This document shows, piece by piece, positions 41,254-50,946 of a DNA stretch of 64,000 bases (position 1 is the first letter of the stretch; each line of letters begins with the position of its first letter). Location of the stretch: the IMG/VR virus record IMGVR_UViG_3300032030_000026, positions 51,074-115,073 of that record; one strand, written 5' to 3'. The notes below the pieces were generated by a model. The model did not search any database. It saw nothing but the letters and a program-made list of their open reading frames with translations, and was not told the origin of the DNA. This stretch comes from a virus (Duplodnaviria; Caudoviricetes). The position numbers and the translations under genes are program-made.

Positions 41254-42061
41254 TTAAAATTGTAAAAATCTTGGATTCCAATTTAATGATATACCTAAAC
41301 CAATATAAGGAGACATTTTTACGGATTTGTCCGGAAATGATACGCCATACCCGACTTGTAATCCTAAACCTAACCCAAATTGCTTCCTATTTTTATATTC
41401 ATTTTTAGGATTTGAAATGGCTATAGCCGTACCGTTATGGAAATATATCGGATAATCCGACTTAAGATCCATCCAGGTATATCCTTTTTTGTCTTTATAT
41501 ATATAACTATCAATCCAGACATCCTGATTTAAATCTATTATAGCATCACCCTCCGTCTGTAATTTGCCAGTCTCACAATTCACACCATATGGTATGGATA
41601 CATTTAAATAACGCGAAGATTTTCCAAATACGGTAGTATCGGATATTGTAAGTATTCCGGAATCGGACCATATTTCTTCTATGTACATAGTATCGTGCAC
41701 AACCTTAACGGATGCCCAGATGGTATCATGCATGCCGGCAACATATTGTAAGATAGTGATGGGTTCTTTGCCTTTTTCCAATTTCAGGCTATCCGCAAGC
41801 TCATTCATTCTTAGCTGCAAGGCCCTCATGGTGGCGGCATTTAGCCCATTTTTATCTTTGTAATTTTTCAAAGTATCGTTCATGGCTAGTATATTGTTTT
41901 CTAACCGGAACGTCTCTTTTTTATATTTTGATGCATTATCACATTGCTTGAATAACAATATGCTCAATACCAAACACATTGTAAGCAATATCCATTTAAT
42001 ATTTTTCTTAAAAAAAAAAATTTGATTTTTTTAAAAATTCTTTAATCTTCTTTGAATTCAT
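41254..42061 (-). CDS. Bacteroidota-phage-type lysis/spanin-like protein; 5' end frameshifted at an A11 tract
   Basis: N-terminal TM helix, coiled coil, C-terminal KQFGLGLGLQVGYG..PYIGLGISLN hairpin; ATG 42061 joins the frame if the tract is A10. Confidence 0.55.
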
Positions 42062-43428
42062 ATTATCAACATTTCAAAATTATACATTTTAATATATTTG
42101 TTCCGTATTTTAGACCTCCAATCTTTAGGGAGTTTATCTAACATGTCATAAAATTCTTTATATCCTTGATGAGTTCTCCGGTGATTAAAGATTTTAAGTA
42201 CTAGCGCATCTACGGAATCATCGTCTTCTAAGAAATCCAATTTATTGGGAAGAAGATATCTGTCTAAATAATGCAATAGTATAGCATAATGGCTATATAA
42301 AGAATCTCTGTTGTTGTTTTGAATCCAGCTTTTCCAATAATATTGGGCGGCGTCAGCCGGATTTGTTTTCACTAGCATGTCCGCCGTGAATTCCGGATCC
42401 GTATGAATTGGACCATAATCGGAGTTTTTTAATATACAAGAAATCAGGGTCTCCTGTGTGGTTATCAACAAGTTTGTGGTACCATCTGTTGTAGAATATG
42501 GTATATATAAATTTTCATTATCATCCATACACCATCCGGTAGTGAATTCTATACCGGGTTGCTCGAATTTAAACCCTTCGCTGGCCGTAAACGACGTAAA
42601 ATCATCATTAATAAACCCGATATGGTGCGTATATTGCAATTTTCCATCTATTCTTTCCGAATTGTGTACTATACACATATATCCGTCATTGTGTTTTATA
42701 AGCGGCGTAGATCCTCTGAAAAAAGTAGTCCCTATAGGTACGGAGCCCTCAAATCTGGATAATTTTGTATCTAGATCGCTATATTTTACCGGGACAATAT
42801 TGAAATTCCCTAAATCATTTGAAAATACACCCGTCTCTTTATATTCAGCGGAGACCATATATACAAAATCCATATCTTTCCCCGGAATAGCCATCCAGTT
42901 CTTTTCCGTACACAGGCTCCCGTAATAGTGAGTCATTCCCGGAAGGAACCCATATTTGATATAATCATCCATGTTATCATTCGGAATATAATACACCATC
43001 GCTTCCGCACAAGGATATTCATTAGTGAATTGGGTGCCGTAAATATATAAGGTATTATCCCATACGGATAGTCTAGGGTCTTCTAATCCTAGAAATATTC
43101 CTTTATCTTTATTTGGTACGGTATTGAATTTTTTTGTTTCAATATATATTGGTGTATCCGGGTCCGATATTTTAAATATTTTTGGATCTATTTTTCCTAT
43201 ACGGCATATGGAGTTATTTAAATATGATGTCATATGGTTTTCTACAAAACCCCAATCATAATGGGGATATCCTCCTATCGGAATATTAGTGGACTGTCTG
43301 ATAGATAAAACCAGCTTGCCGTTATAAAAAGCAATTCCGGCGGAACCTCCGACATATCGAGGAGTGGAATCCGTATATAAATGATAGATTTTTGCTTTTT
43401 CGCCTAATATATTTTTCAGAATTTTCAT
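42058..43428 (-). CDS. GH130/GT91-like five-bladed beta-propeller sugar enzyme with a helical C-terminus
   Basis: GLEDPRL, EKNWM, FRGSTP, Y.H, IEFTTG motifs. Confidence 0.6.
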   Translation of the reverse strand: MKILKNILGEKAKIYHLYTDSTPRYVGGSAGIAFYNGKLVLSIRQSTNIPIGGYPHYDWGFVENHMTSYLNNSICRIGKIDPKIFKISDPDTPIYIETKKFNTVPNKDKGIFLGLEDPRLSVWDNTLYIYGTQFTNEYPCAEAMVYYIPNDNMDDYIKYGFLPGMTHYYGSLCTEKNWMAIPGKDMDFVYMVSAEYKETGVFSNDLGNFNIVPVKYSDLDTKLSRFEGSVPIGTTFFRGSTPLIKHNDGYMCIVHNSERIDGKLQYTHHIGFINDDFTSFTASEGFKFEQPGIEFTTGWCMDDNENLYIPYSTTDGTTNLLITTQETLISCILKNSDYGPIHTDPEFTADMLVKTNPADAAQYYWKSWIQNNNRDSLYSHYAILLHYLDRYLLPNKLDFLEDDDSVDALVLKIFNHRRTHQGYKEFYDMLDKLPKDWRSKIRNKYIKMYNFEMLII

Positions 43429-43434
43429 AAGCTT

Positions 43435-44985
43435 TTATAAGATGCGCTCCACCTCGCTCATATTATTTACGTCGGCGGTTTCAAGCCGATCATTATCTAT
43501 ATTGTATTTTATATTATAAAAATCAACCTCCGACATATATTGGAAATTATAATCCTTATCCACATTCCGGATAGACCTCATCAGATATGATCGTGCTAAT
43601 CCCATCGCTCCTTTTTTGCAAAAATAATCAGCCGCATGCATTAATATCTCGGGATTGTCAGGGCATATTGATTCTAGTATAGAAATAACATTATATGCTT
43701 CCAGATCTCGAACCCCCCATCCTATCGATCGCAGGATGTTTAATAGATATGTGATTCTTTTTTCTATAGAAATCGGAAATTCCGAACTTCTTTCATACAT
43801 CCTCCAGTATCTGCAATATGCTTCCGCCGGATATCCATTTTCTATGCAAAATTTTGCTTCTTTTTCGGCCTTTTCAAATCCATCATAGTTGTTATAATAA
43901 ATGGATGCATTTGGTAAAAATTCCATATTTTCACCAAGATCTAATTTTCCATCTATTAGTTTGTCTATATTAGTATCCGATGTTTCTATCATATATGAAA
44001 AATTGTCTTGCAATGCGAACGGAATATAAAACCTTCCATTATTATATGCCAATCCATTAGTAAATTCTATATGGTGGTCATTAAACGAAAATGACGGAGA
44101 TATTTTAATGATATTCCAGTCTTTATCCCATATTATGAAATGATGTATATATTTAGCGACTTTTCGCTTCATTTCATTTAAATATAATTCGCAAGTATGT
44201 ACAATGGCTATGTGCGTATTGTCTTTATATGGGATGACCTGCGATGAACCGCGGAATAAAGTACCCTCTTGCCATGGTGCATTATATATGCCATCTACCC
44301 CGGATATATCATACCATTCTTTTTCCAGCACTATTTCGGCTAGCATTTTTCCACCTAGATCTTTGGGGTCTACTTTCACTATGCATACCGGGTTTGAAGT
44401 CCTCATGAAATGCCAAGGCATATCGATAATGGGCACCCAATTTTTTTCACAATAACTCTCCCAGGGTATTTCTATTTTGGTTCTAGATAATTCATCACCA
44501 TCTTCCGTAATTTCCATTATCTCCATCCTCCCCATCCCGGTAGGATTGTCATCTCGCCGGACTCCTATAGCCAGTAGTTTTTCATCCCACCTTACCAACC
44601 TAGCATCTTCCAATCCGACAAAATCCCATTGTTCCGGCTTATCGTTTTTTGTTGTATTTATGATGTTGTATTTTATATTATTCTCCGTATATTCACACAA
44701 CCAATTCCGGGTTCTGAGATGTGAATGATCATATTCCGGTATCAAATAATGAACCGGTCCCCAGGAAGACCAGAATCTGTATGGGTTTATGGAATTGTGA
44801 AGGATATAATTAACATTTCTAAGAATTAACCGGATTTTATCACCGTCCGCAAATACGGATGGGTTACAGATGCCGGGCCAGTCTAAACCGGTTATCGGAA
44901 TCCTTAATGGAGCTAAATAAGTGGTTTCCGATGATCCTAGTATATTGACTAAATTTCTATATTTCGGATAATGCAGGCTAATCAT
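43435..44985 (-). CDS. GH130/GT91-like beta-propeller sugar enzyme with TPR-like C-terminus (paralogue of the adjacent gene)
   Basis: CNPSVF, GLEDARL, CEKNWVP, FRGSSQ, IEFTNGL; probable start ATG 44985. Confidence 0.65.
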   Translation of the reverse strand: MISLHYPKYRNLVNILGSSETTYLAPLRIPITGLDWPGICNPSVFADGDKIRLILRNVNYILHNSINPYRFWSSWGPVHYLIPEYDHSHLRTRNWLCEYTENNIKYNIINTTKNDKPEQWDFVGLEDARLVRWDEKLLAIGVRRDDNPTGMGRMEIMEITEDGDELSRTKIEIPWESYCEKNWVPIIDMPWHFMRTSNPVCIVKVDPKDLGGKMLAEIVLEKEWYDISGVDGIYNAPWQEGTLFRGSSQVIPYKDNTHIAIVHTCELYLNEMKRKVAKYIHHFIIWDKDWNIIKISPSFSFNDHHIEFTNGLAYNNGRFYIPFALQDNFSYMIETSDTNIDKLIDGKLDLGENMEFLPNASIYYNNYDGFEKAEKEAKFCIENGYPAEAYCRYWRMYERSSEFPISIEKRITYLLNILRSIGWGVRDLEAYNVISILESICPDNPEILMHAADYFCKKGAMGLARSYLMRSIRNVDKDYNFQYMSEVDFYNIKYNIDNDRLETADVNNMSEVERIL

Positions 44986-45093
44986 AATACATGTGTATTT
45001 AATGAAAAATAGTTTTATCATGTACGAAATTTAGATCTCTTATACTAACTTACATTATATTATGATTATTTTTTAATCATTAAAACATATTAT

Positions 45094-46929
45094 ATGGAAA
45101 CTTATAATCCTTACGAATATAATATATTGCAAGAAAATTTACAGGAAGCCGGAGTAATTTCGGAAGCTCGTGTGCAAGATATTCCCGGAATGAATACAAC
45201 TACTAAATTCAAGCCCAAATATTCTTCTAAAGACATAGAATTTGCGGAAAAGAAGTCTAAAAAGACTATTGCTCGGTTCTTTTCTAATCTTTCTCGACTG
45301 GGAATGAATTATGATGAACAGGTTATTAAAAACATGCGGGCTATCCCGGCCGATAAAAACCTGTTGCCCGATGAAAGACAGATTACATATCAGAATCTCT
45401 TCCAACAACTTCAATCCGCCTGGAAACAAAAGGCTAATGCGGATCAGAGTTTTTATGAAAAAGATATTTCTAGCAAGCGAGAAAACCTCCGGACATTAGC
45501 TATGCAGCCGGAATTAGAAGATATATTAGATACATTTTCTAATGAAGCCATTGTATATGATTCCAACTTTGTTTATTTTGCGGAACCTTTTATTGATGAC
45601 AAAGACCTTGTGGATTATAATAAAAGTGTCCGATCAAAGATTAATGATTGTGTGTCCGCCGGATTCAAACGTTTTTATAAGATGCTTAAATGGCGAACCA
45701 AGGCGTGGGATGATTTCAAAAGATTTCTAGTAGAAGGTTGCCTGGCTTGGGAAATAGTATATGATTCTTTAGAGAAACCTACAAAAATCATAGGACTCGT
45801 GCCATTAGATCCGGCAACACTTACTAAGAAATTCGAGAATGATAAATGGTATTGGGTACAATATAAAGATGTCAAGGCTAAGGAAAGAAAATTATTGGAT
45901 TCTCAAGTAATATATATAGTATTCCAAGAAACGGAGGCTATATCGAGAACCAGTTATCTAGAGCGGTTAGTACGGCCATTTAATATTTATAGAATCATCG
46001 AACAAGCTCAGATTATATTTTGTGTCACTAATGCTCAGTACAAGATGAAATTCACGATTCCGGTGAAAGGCATGAACCGGGCATTAGGATCTCAGACATT
46101 GAATTCGGCTATGCAGAGATATCGGGAAGATATCAAATTTATATCGGAGAGCGGTGAACTGACTATTAATGGCCAGCCACAAATGCCTTTCAATAAGGAA
46201 TATTGGATGGCGGAATCGGAGAGCGGAACACCGGACATCGAGACCCTTGCCGGAGATTCCGGTCCCGATCTTTTAGATTCCGATTATCTGAAATTCTTTA
46301 GGAACCAGCTTTATAAAGTATCTAAAATCCCGTTGAATAGATTTGATGTAGATAGCGGAGAAGGCTGGTTTGGTACCGATGCCGAGTCTTATGCCCGAAA
46401 CGAAATAGACTTTGGAAGATACGTCACTAGAATGAGAAATATATTCTCACAGATTATCTTAAAGCCTATCTGGATCCAGCTATGCCTGGATATGCCCGAA
46501 ATGATGGATTCTCCGGAATTCCAAGATTGTATCCAGCTCCACTATCATTCCTATAATCTATTTGAAGAGATGATGGAAATCCAGCTCATGGATCGCCGTA
46601 TTGAATCTATCAACAATATGAAAGAACTTCAAGATATGGATATGGAAGGTAATGAAGTAACCTTCTTTGCTTCTAAGTTCTTAGTTCAGAAATACTTACA
46701 TCTTTCCGACGCAGATCTCAAACTCAATGAGAAATATAAACAAGAAGAAGTAGAGAAATTCAACTTAGCTGGCGGTGAAAGACCACAGCAACCCGGACAA
46801 TCCAGCCGTTATGGCAGTACTCCCGGTAGTTGGGAAAGCATGCTGGCTAAGATGAGCGATATGGAGCGGAGGATAGATGAAAAGCTTAAAAAGTATAAGG
46901 ACCTTATCAGTGAATCTGAAGAGTTATAG
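45094..46929 (+). CDS. portal protein (T4 gp20-like)
   Basis: PELEDILD..NEAIV, SYLERL.RPFN, EYWM, IETLAG, YLKFFRNQLYKVSKIPLNRF, RNEIDFGRYV.RMR. Confidence 0.9.
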   Translation: METYNPYEYNILQENLQEAGVISEARVQDIPGMNTTTKFKPKYSSKDIEFAEKKSKKTIARFFSNLSRLGMNYDEQVIKNMRAIPADKNLLPDERQITYQNLFQQLQSAWKQKANADQSFYEKDISSKRENLRTLAMQPELEDILDTFSNEAIVYDSNFVYFAEPFIDDKDLVDYNKSVRSKINDCVSAGFKRFYKMLKWRTKAWDDFKRFLVEGCLAWEIVYDSLEKPTKIIGLVPLDPATLTKKFENDKWYWVQYKDVKAKERKLLDSQVIYIVFQETEAISRTSYLERLVRPFNIYRIIEQAQIIFCVTNAQYKMKFTIPVKGMNRALGSQTLNSAMQRYREDIKFISESGELTINGQPQMPFNKEYWMAESESGTPDIETLAGDSGPDLLDSDYLKFFRNQLYKVSKIPLNRFDVDSGEGWFGTDAESYARNEIDFGRYVTRMRNIFSQIILKPIWIQLCLDMPEMMDSPEFQDCIQLHYHSYNLFEEMMEIQLMDRRIESINNMKELQDMDMEGNEVTFFASKFLVQKYLHLSDADLKLNEKYKQEEVEKFNLAGGERPQQPGQSSRYGSTPGSWESMLAKMSDMERRIDEKLKKYKDLISESEEL

Positions 46930-46954
46930 TATTTTAAAAAAAAAAAACTAATAT

Positions 46955-47347
46955 ATGAAAAGTTTAACGGAATCTATTAAGAATGTCAAAGAAAGAAGAA
47001 CTCCATATCAAATTGATCAAAATGATCTAAAAAAGGTGGAAAAAGTCTTGAATGATAAAAAAACCTGGAAAGAATTATCTAAATTATGCAACCTATCGGA
47101 AGAAATCACCAAGCTATATTGCACTAGCCGATTGGAAATGCTTTCAGATCCGGAGTGGTATGAAAATTTCGAAGGAGTGCGTGATCTTAATATGACTTAT
47201 GCTATTTCCGAATTAGCCGATACTGATGATGAAGACTTCCAAATAGAATTAGATGATGAAAATATTTCCGGATGGGAATGGCAAGATATTAGTAATTTGG
47301 TCACCGATGTTATGAACAGATGCCTCAAGGCTTTAAGATACTCTTAA
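46955..47347 (+). CDS. hypothetical acidic protein with an MKSLTESI leader
   Basis: 130-aa ORF between the portal gene and a terminator. Confidence 0.7.
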   Translation: MKSLTESIKNVKERRTPYQIDQNDLKKVEKVLNDKKTWKELSKLCNLSEEITKLYCTSRLEMLSDPEWYENFEGVRDLNMTYAISELADTDDEDFQIELDDENISGWEWQDISNLVTDVMNRCLKALRYS

Positions 47348-47378
47348 TAGATAGAATTCAATGTGAAAATCAACATAC

Positions 47379-47408
47379 AAAGGTCTCGCAAGAGACCTTT
47401 TATTTTTT
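47379..47408 (+). terminator. intrinsic terminator
   Basis: AAAGGTCTC-GCAA-GAGACCTTT plus T-tract. Confidence 0.75.
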
Positions 47409-47427
47409 ATATAATTATAGTGAAAAT

Positions 47428-48240
47428 ATGGAAGAAAAAATTACATTATCCCCTTATACCCCGGAATGGGAAGATGCTATAGATATGCAGTTTATGCAGT
47501 CGGTGATTGAAGAAGTCACCCAGTCCTGCTTACTTCCTAACCCTATACCACTCGCCCGTATTCCGAGAATCATCGAACAGGTAGCCAAGTGGTTCTGGCA
47601 AAATGATGACCAATCAGTAGAGCAGAGATTTTATTTGATTAAGAACACCGAGTTCTGTAAAGGAAATATGATGAACAAGATAGTGCAGCTTCCCCCTCAG
47701 ATCATGGCGGTCCAAGGCTGTTATAAAACCAATAATCTCAAATACGGCGCTATGGGAGATTTCTCGGTAGAGAGAATGATGTTAAGCACGTATTCTATGT
47801 ATGGTGGAATAGGTGCTATTGGTGGGGGTATGGGAGCTAGTGCAATCGGATATAATTTAAAGGATTATGTAGTATCTATGTATGAAGTGGATACATTTCA
47901 GCAGACTCTTCAACCCACTCTTTCTTATAACTATAATATGTTCTCTAAAAAACTTATTGTATATGGTGATCTTGGATTAAGTGATGTATTGATTGATTCT
48001 TGGAAGCGGATCCGCCTGCAAGATTTATATCAAAACTATTACTTCTTCCGTTACTGTGTATGTATGGTCAAAATGTCATTAACACAGATCTTCGGAACAT
48101 TCACTTTTAAGTATCCGGGTGGTGTGGAAATCAACTATTCCGATTTTAAAAGCGACGCTCAGGAGGAAATTGAAAAAATTGAAGAAGAAATCCGGAACCT
48201 ACATGCTAATGATTACTTCTTCCAACCAAACACATTATAA
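47428..48240 (+). CDS. neck/head-completion protein (T4 gp13-like)
   Basis: LPPQIMAV, YNYN..SKKL, F.FKYPGGVEINY....DAQEEIEKIEEEI; probable start ATG 47428. Confidence 0.7.
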   Translation: MEEKITLSPYTPEWEDAIDMQFMQSVIEEVTQSCLLPNPIPLARIPRIIEQVAKWFWQNDDQSVEQRFYLIKNTEFCKGNMMNKIVQLPPQIMAVQGCYKTNNLKYGAMGDFSVERMMLSTYSMYGGIGAIGGGMGASAIGYNLKDYVVSMYEVDTFQQTLQPTLSYNYNMFSKKLIVYGDLGLSDVLIDSWKRIRLQDLYQNYYFFRYCVCMVKMSLTQIFGTFTFKYPGGVEINYSDFKSDAQEEIEKIEEEIRNLHANDYFFQPNTL

Positions 48241-48242
48241 TC

Positions 48243-48611
48243 ATGAAACATATTTATGAATCTATAATAGGTCGGAGAGGGACATCAAATAATCCAATTA
48301 TCGAGTTGCAAGATGGAGATGTTGTAGTCCTAAGAAATAATCGTTATATGGTAGTCTATGGAGATATGATTCATGGTAAAAATACATCCACTGGCCCGGA
48401 TGAAGGTATAGCTATAAATAGTTATAATCATAATTTGATATATAAACACAAGAATAGAGGGATGGATATTATGGCTATATATAGATTTACGGACCCAGGC
48501 CCCATAGATCCGGAAGAACAATATGTCAGTTCCTATCTTAAGTCATTTGTGGCCCTCAATTTGAAAGGAAATATCCATTATGGTATGAATACTATATTTG
48601 AAAGAAAGTGA
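48243..48611 (+). CDS. ESIIGRKG-leader paralogue 1
   Basis: MKHIYESIIGRRG; GDVVVLRN..YN.NL..DIMAIYR..IFER core. Confidence 0.75.
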   Translation: MKHIYESIIGRRGTSNNPIIELQDGDVVVLRNNRYMVVYGDMIHGKNTSTGPDEGIAINSYNHNLIYKHKNRGMDIMAIYRFTDPGPIDPEEQYVSSYLKSFVALNLKGNIHYGMNTIFERK

Positions 48612-48615
48612 AACT

Positions 48616-49119
48616 ATGGCCGATCTGAAAAAATCATTATCCAAAACCTTAGGATGGGAAGGTGGTTATGCCAACGATCCTAAAGATTCCGGCGGACCTA
48701 CATGGCGAGGGGTTACCTTAAACACCTATAAGGCATACTGCCGGAAGAAAGGCAAGCCCGCACCCACCATAGAAGATCTCAAGAAGCTCACGGAAGTCGA
48801 TATCTTGGATATCGCTCGAACATTGTTCTGGAACAAGATCAAAGGAGATAATATAAAGAACCAGTCTATTGCCGATCTGGTCTTCGACTGTGTCTGGATG
48901 TCCGGACTCGGATATGTCCGGATGATACAGAAATCCTTGGGTGTATCTATGGATGGAGTATTCGGATCTCAGACACTTTCGGTATTAAATTCACAATCTT
49001 CCCCGGAGTTATTCGACAAGCTAGTACGACAAAGAAGAGCATATCTAGCCAACTGCAATGGAGCAAAATTTTATCTCAAAGGATGGCTGCGAAGATTAGA
49101 ATCTTTCCAATATAAATAA
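48616..49119 (+). CDS. endolysin, glycoside hydrolase family 108 with a peptidoglycan-binding C-terminus
   Basis: WEGGYANDPKDSGGPT..GVT, DGVFG.QTL, FYLKGWLRR. Confidence 0.9.
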   Translation: MADLKKSLSKTLGWEGGYANDPKDSGGPTWRGVTLNTYKAYCRKKGKPAPTIEDLKKLTEVDILDIARTLFWNKIKGDNIKNQSIADLVFDCVWMSGLGYVRMIQKSLGVSMDGVFGSQTLSVLNSQSSPELFDKLVRQRRAYLANCNGAKFYLKGWLRRLESFQYK

Positions 49120-49144
49120 AAAAAAGGACCACCGGTCCTTTTTT
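49118..49144. terminator. bidirectional intrinsic terminator
   Basis: AAAAAAGGACC-acc-GGTCCTTTTTT between convergent genes. Confidence 0.8.
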
Positions 49145-49535
49145 AGTCTCTCTTCCAGATCTGCTCCATATTATATTTCGGAATCATATGTTTTAGATCG
49201 CGTAAAAATTTTAATATATAACTAGTATCCCATGCGGACTGTTTAGATACTTCATTATACTTACGAGGCAATTTTCCGGTTCGATCTCTCCATACTTCCA
49301 TGATATCATAAGACTCACTCATATTATAGCACATATTTCTGTCATAAAAAGAAAGACTAAATACTTGAGTAGTATCACTATCCCAATAACTGATTATTCG
49401 TTCTTTTGAGTCATTTATAATCCCAACCCGCCAATTCCTAAGTATTAATATATCCCCCGATTCGAGATTGGATATTGAGAAGTTCGGTGTTGTCATTCCT
49501 TTCCTTCCTATTATAGATTCATGTATGTGCTTCAT
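49143..49535 (-). CDS. ESIIGRKG-leader paralogue 2
   Basis: start ATG 49535, MKHIHESIIGRKG; GDILILRN..YD.N..YDIMEVWR..IWKR. Confidence 0.75.
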   Translation of the reverse strand: MKHIHESIIGRKGMTTPNFSISNLESGDILILRNWRVGIINDSKERIISYWDSDTTQVFSLSFYDRNMCYNMSESYDIMEVWRDRTGKLPRKYNEVSKQSAWDTSYILKFLRDLKHMIPKYNMEQIWKRD

Positions 49536-49567
49536 ATTTCTAAAAAACTTCATATTTGCGATATAAC

Positions 49568-49618
49568 AAGCGATCTTATTTTAGATGTGCAGTTATGTTA
49601 GTTATATCCCGATCGCTT
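49568..49618. repeat. ~51-bp imperfect palindromic element, copy 3
   Basis: AAGCGATC...GATCGCTT; left flank is the reverse complement of the copy-2 right flank. Confidence 0.75.
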
Positions 49619-49655
49619 AAAATAAGCGCGTTTCCGGCGCAATATGCGCATGTTT

Positions 49656-50009
49656 TTATTTAGATTTCCATATAGGAGAATTATGGTTGATAAAATTTTC
49701 AATTTTTTTATAATTAGGATTACGGATGCTATTGCCGGAGCGATATATACTTACAATATCAATATCACAATCATTATATTCACCACATCTGATATCTCTA
49801 AGCATATTGTCATATGAACTTAAAAAATCATCAATATATACGTTCATAATATTGATCGAGGCTACCGCGTAATATGTAAGCATCATATCGTCTTGTAGAT
49901 ACCAACACATCCCATTCCTCATTACTAATATGTCTCCTATCCGAATATCGTCTTTTGGTGAAAATTGACTCCCTTTCCGGCCTATTATAGATTCGATAAT
50001 ATGCTTCAT
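49656..50009 (-). CDS. ESIIGRKG-leader paralogue 3
   Basis: MKHIIESIIGRKG; GDILVMRNG..YDNML..DIVSIYR..PIWK. Confidence 0.75.
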   Translation of the reverse strand: MKHIIESIIGRKGSQFSPKDDIRIGDILVMRNGMCWYLQDDMMLTYYAVASINIMNVYIDDFLSSYDNMLRDIRCGEYNDCDIDIVSIYRSGNSIRNPNYKKIENFINHNSPIWKSK

Positions 50010-50068
50010 AATATCTATTTTCTTAAAATAATTTTGAAAAATTCACCATAGAGAAAAATGTACTCGGC

Positions 50069-50197
50069 TCAATAGCCCATTTGATTTTTTTCCCTTACGG
50101 CTTTATTGCTTCTCAAATATCCGGTAGTAATTGATGCCATCATACTGGGGTTCATTTCTATAGACTCATTAATATATTTATCTAGTTTTTTCATCAT
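50069..50197 (-). CDS. 42-aa peptide with an MKKLDKYINES leader (below the ORF-track cutoff)
   Basis: ATGA-coupled to the stop of 50194..50592. Confidence 0.4.
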   Translation of the reverse strand: MMKKLDKYINESIEMNPSMMASITTGYLRSNKAVREKNQMGY

Positions 50198-50592
50198 ATT
50201 TTCATTTTATTTTTCAGATCATCCCAGAGATCTCGGAATCTTTCATAATTTGCAGTATTTAATACTCCTCTATACACTTCTACTATATCATCCTCCGGAC
50301 AATCGGGAATCCGAAGATCCATATCGTATTCTTGATGCAATCCCAAACACCAAATAGTCCCGGGCTGGCCACCTTCCGGCATAGTGTAGGCTTCAAGGTT
50401 GACTCGTTTGATTATCTGATGCTGGACTCCGGGGGAACATTGTTTATAATCCAGACATATATAGTACCAGCCGTTTCTTGTCTTTAAGACATCTAAATGT
50501 CTTAAATCTGTTATTTTGGGATTAGATAAACGTTTTCCCCTAAAATATTGCGAGCCTTTCCGGCCTATTATAGATTCTTGTAATGTTTTCAT
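50194..50592 (-). CDS. ESIIGRKG-leader paralogue 4
   Basis: MKTLQESIIGRKG; LSNPK..DL.HLDVLKTRNG..YD.DLR..DIVEVYRG. Confidence 0.75.
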   Translation of the reverse strand: MKTLQESIIGRKGSQYFRGKRLSNPKITDLRHLDVLKTRNGWYYICLDYKQCSPGVQHQIIKRVNLEAYTMPEGGQPGTIWCLGLHQEYDMDLRIPDCPEDDIVEVYRGVLNTANYERFRDLWDDLKNKMKI

Positions 50593-50594
50593 AA

Positions 50595-50942
50595 TTACTC
50601 CTTAGATTTATTTTGATTCCGAATAATCTCTCTCATCATAACCTTATCATCATTCAAAGCTTTTTCTCTATCTATAGCCTGTTTATATCCGGATTGGCAT
50701 AATTTTAATGAATCTTCCAGAACAATGATTTTTACACTTAATGAATCTATAATTGTCTTTTGAGAATATATTGTGGAATCTTTAGAAGCAATGGCCTCCG
50801 TATATTGTGCATCCTTCCACCGATCCTTAGTCTTATGAGAACAATGAGAGCATGTCTGTAAAAATATGATACACAATAGAATAATTATAACTACCTTGGA
50901 GTTATCTAATATTTTTTTAAAAAAGTTCTTAAGTTTTTCCAT
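50595..50942 (-). CDS. membrane-anchored coiled-coil protein (spanin/lipoprotein-like)
   Basis: basic N-terminus, hydrophobic helix with Cys, then coiled coil. Confidence 0.5.
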   Translation of the reverse strand: MEKLKNFFKKILDNSKVVIIILLCIIFLQTCSHCSHKTKDRWKDAQYTEAIASKDSTIYSQKTIIDSLSVKIIVLEDSLKLCQSGYKQAIDREKALNDDKVMMREIIRNQNKSKE

Positions 50943-50946
50943 AAAA

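Noticed and set aside
30784-46929. Introns or inteins in the terminase or portal genes
   Set aside because: Both ORFs are continuous and of normal size, with no splice or homing-endonuclease motifs seen
49560-49620. Palindromic elements as integron attC sites
   Set aside because: They lack consistent RYYYAAC/GTTRRRY ends, do not follow each cassette-like gene, and no integrase is in the window
50020-50095. Frameshift at the T7 run extending the 42-aa peptide
   Set aside because: Neither alternative frame gives a recognisable or much longer product
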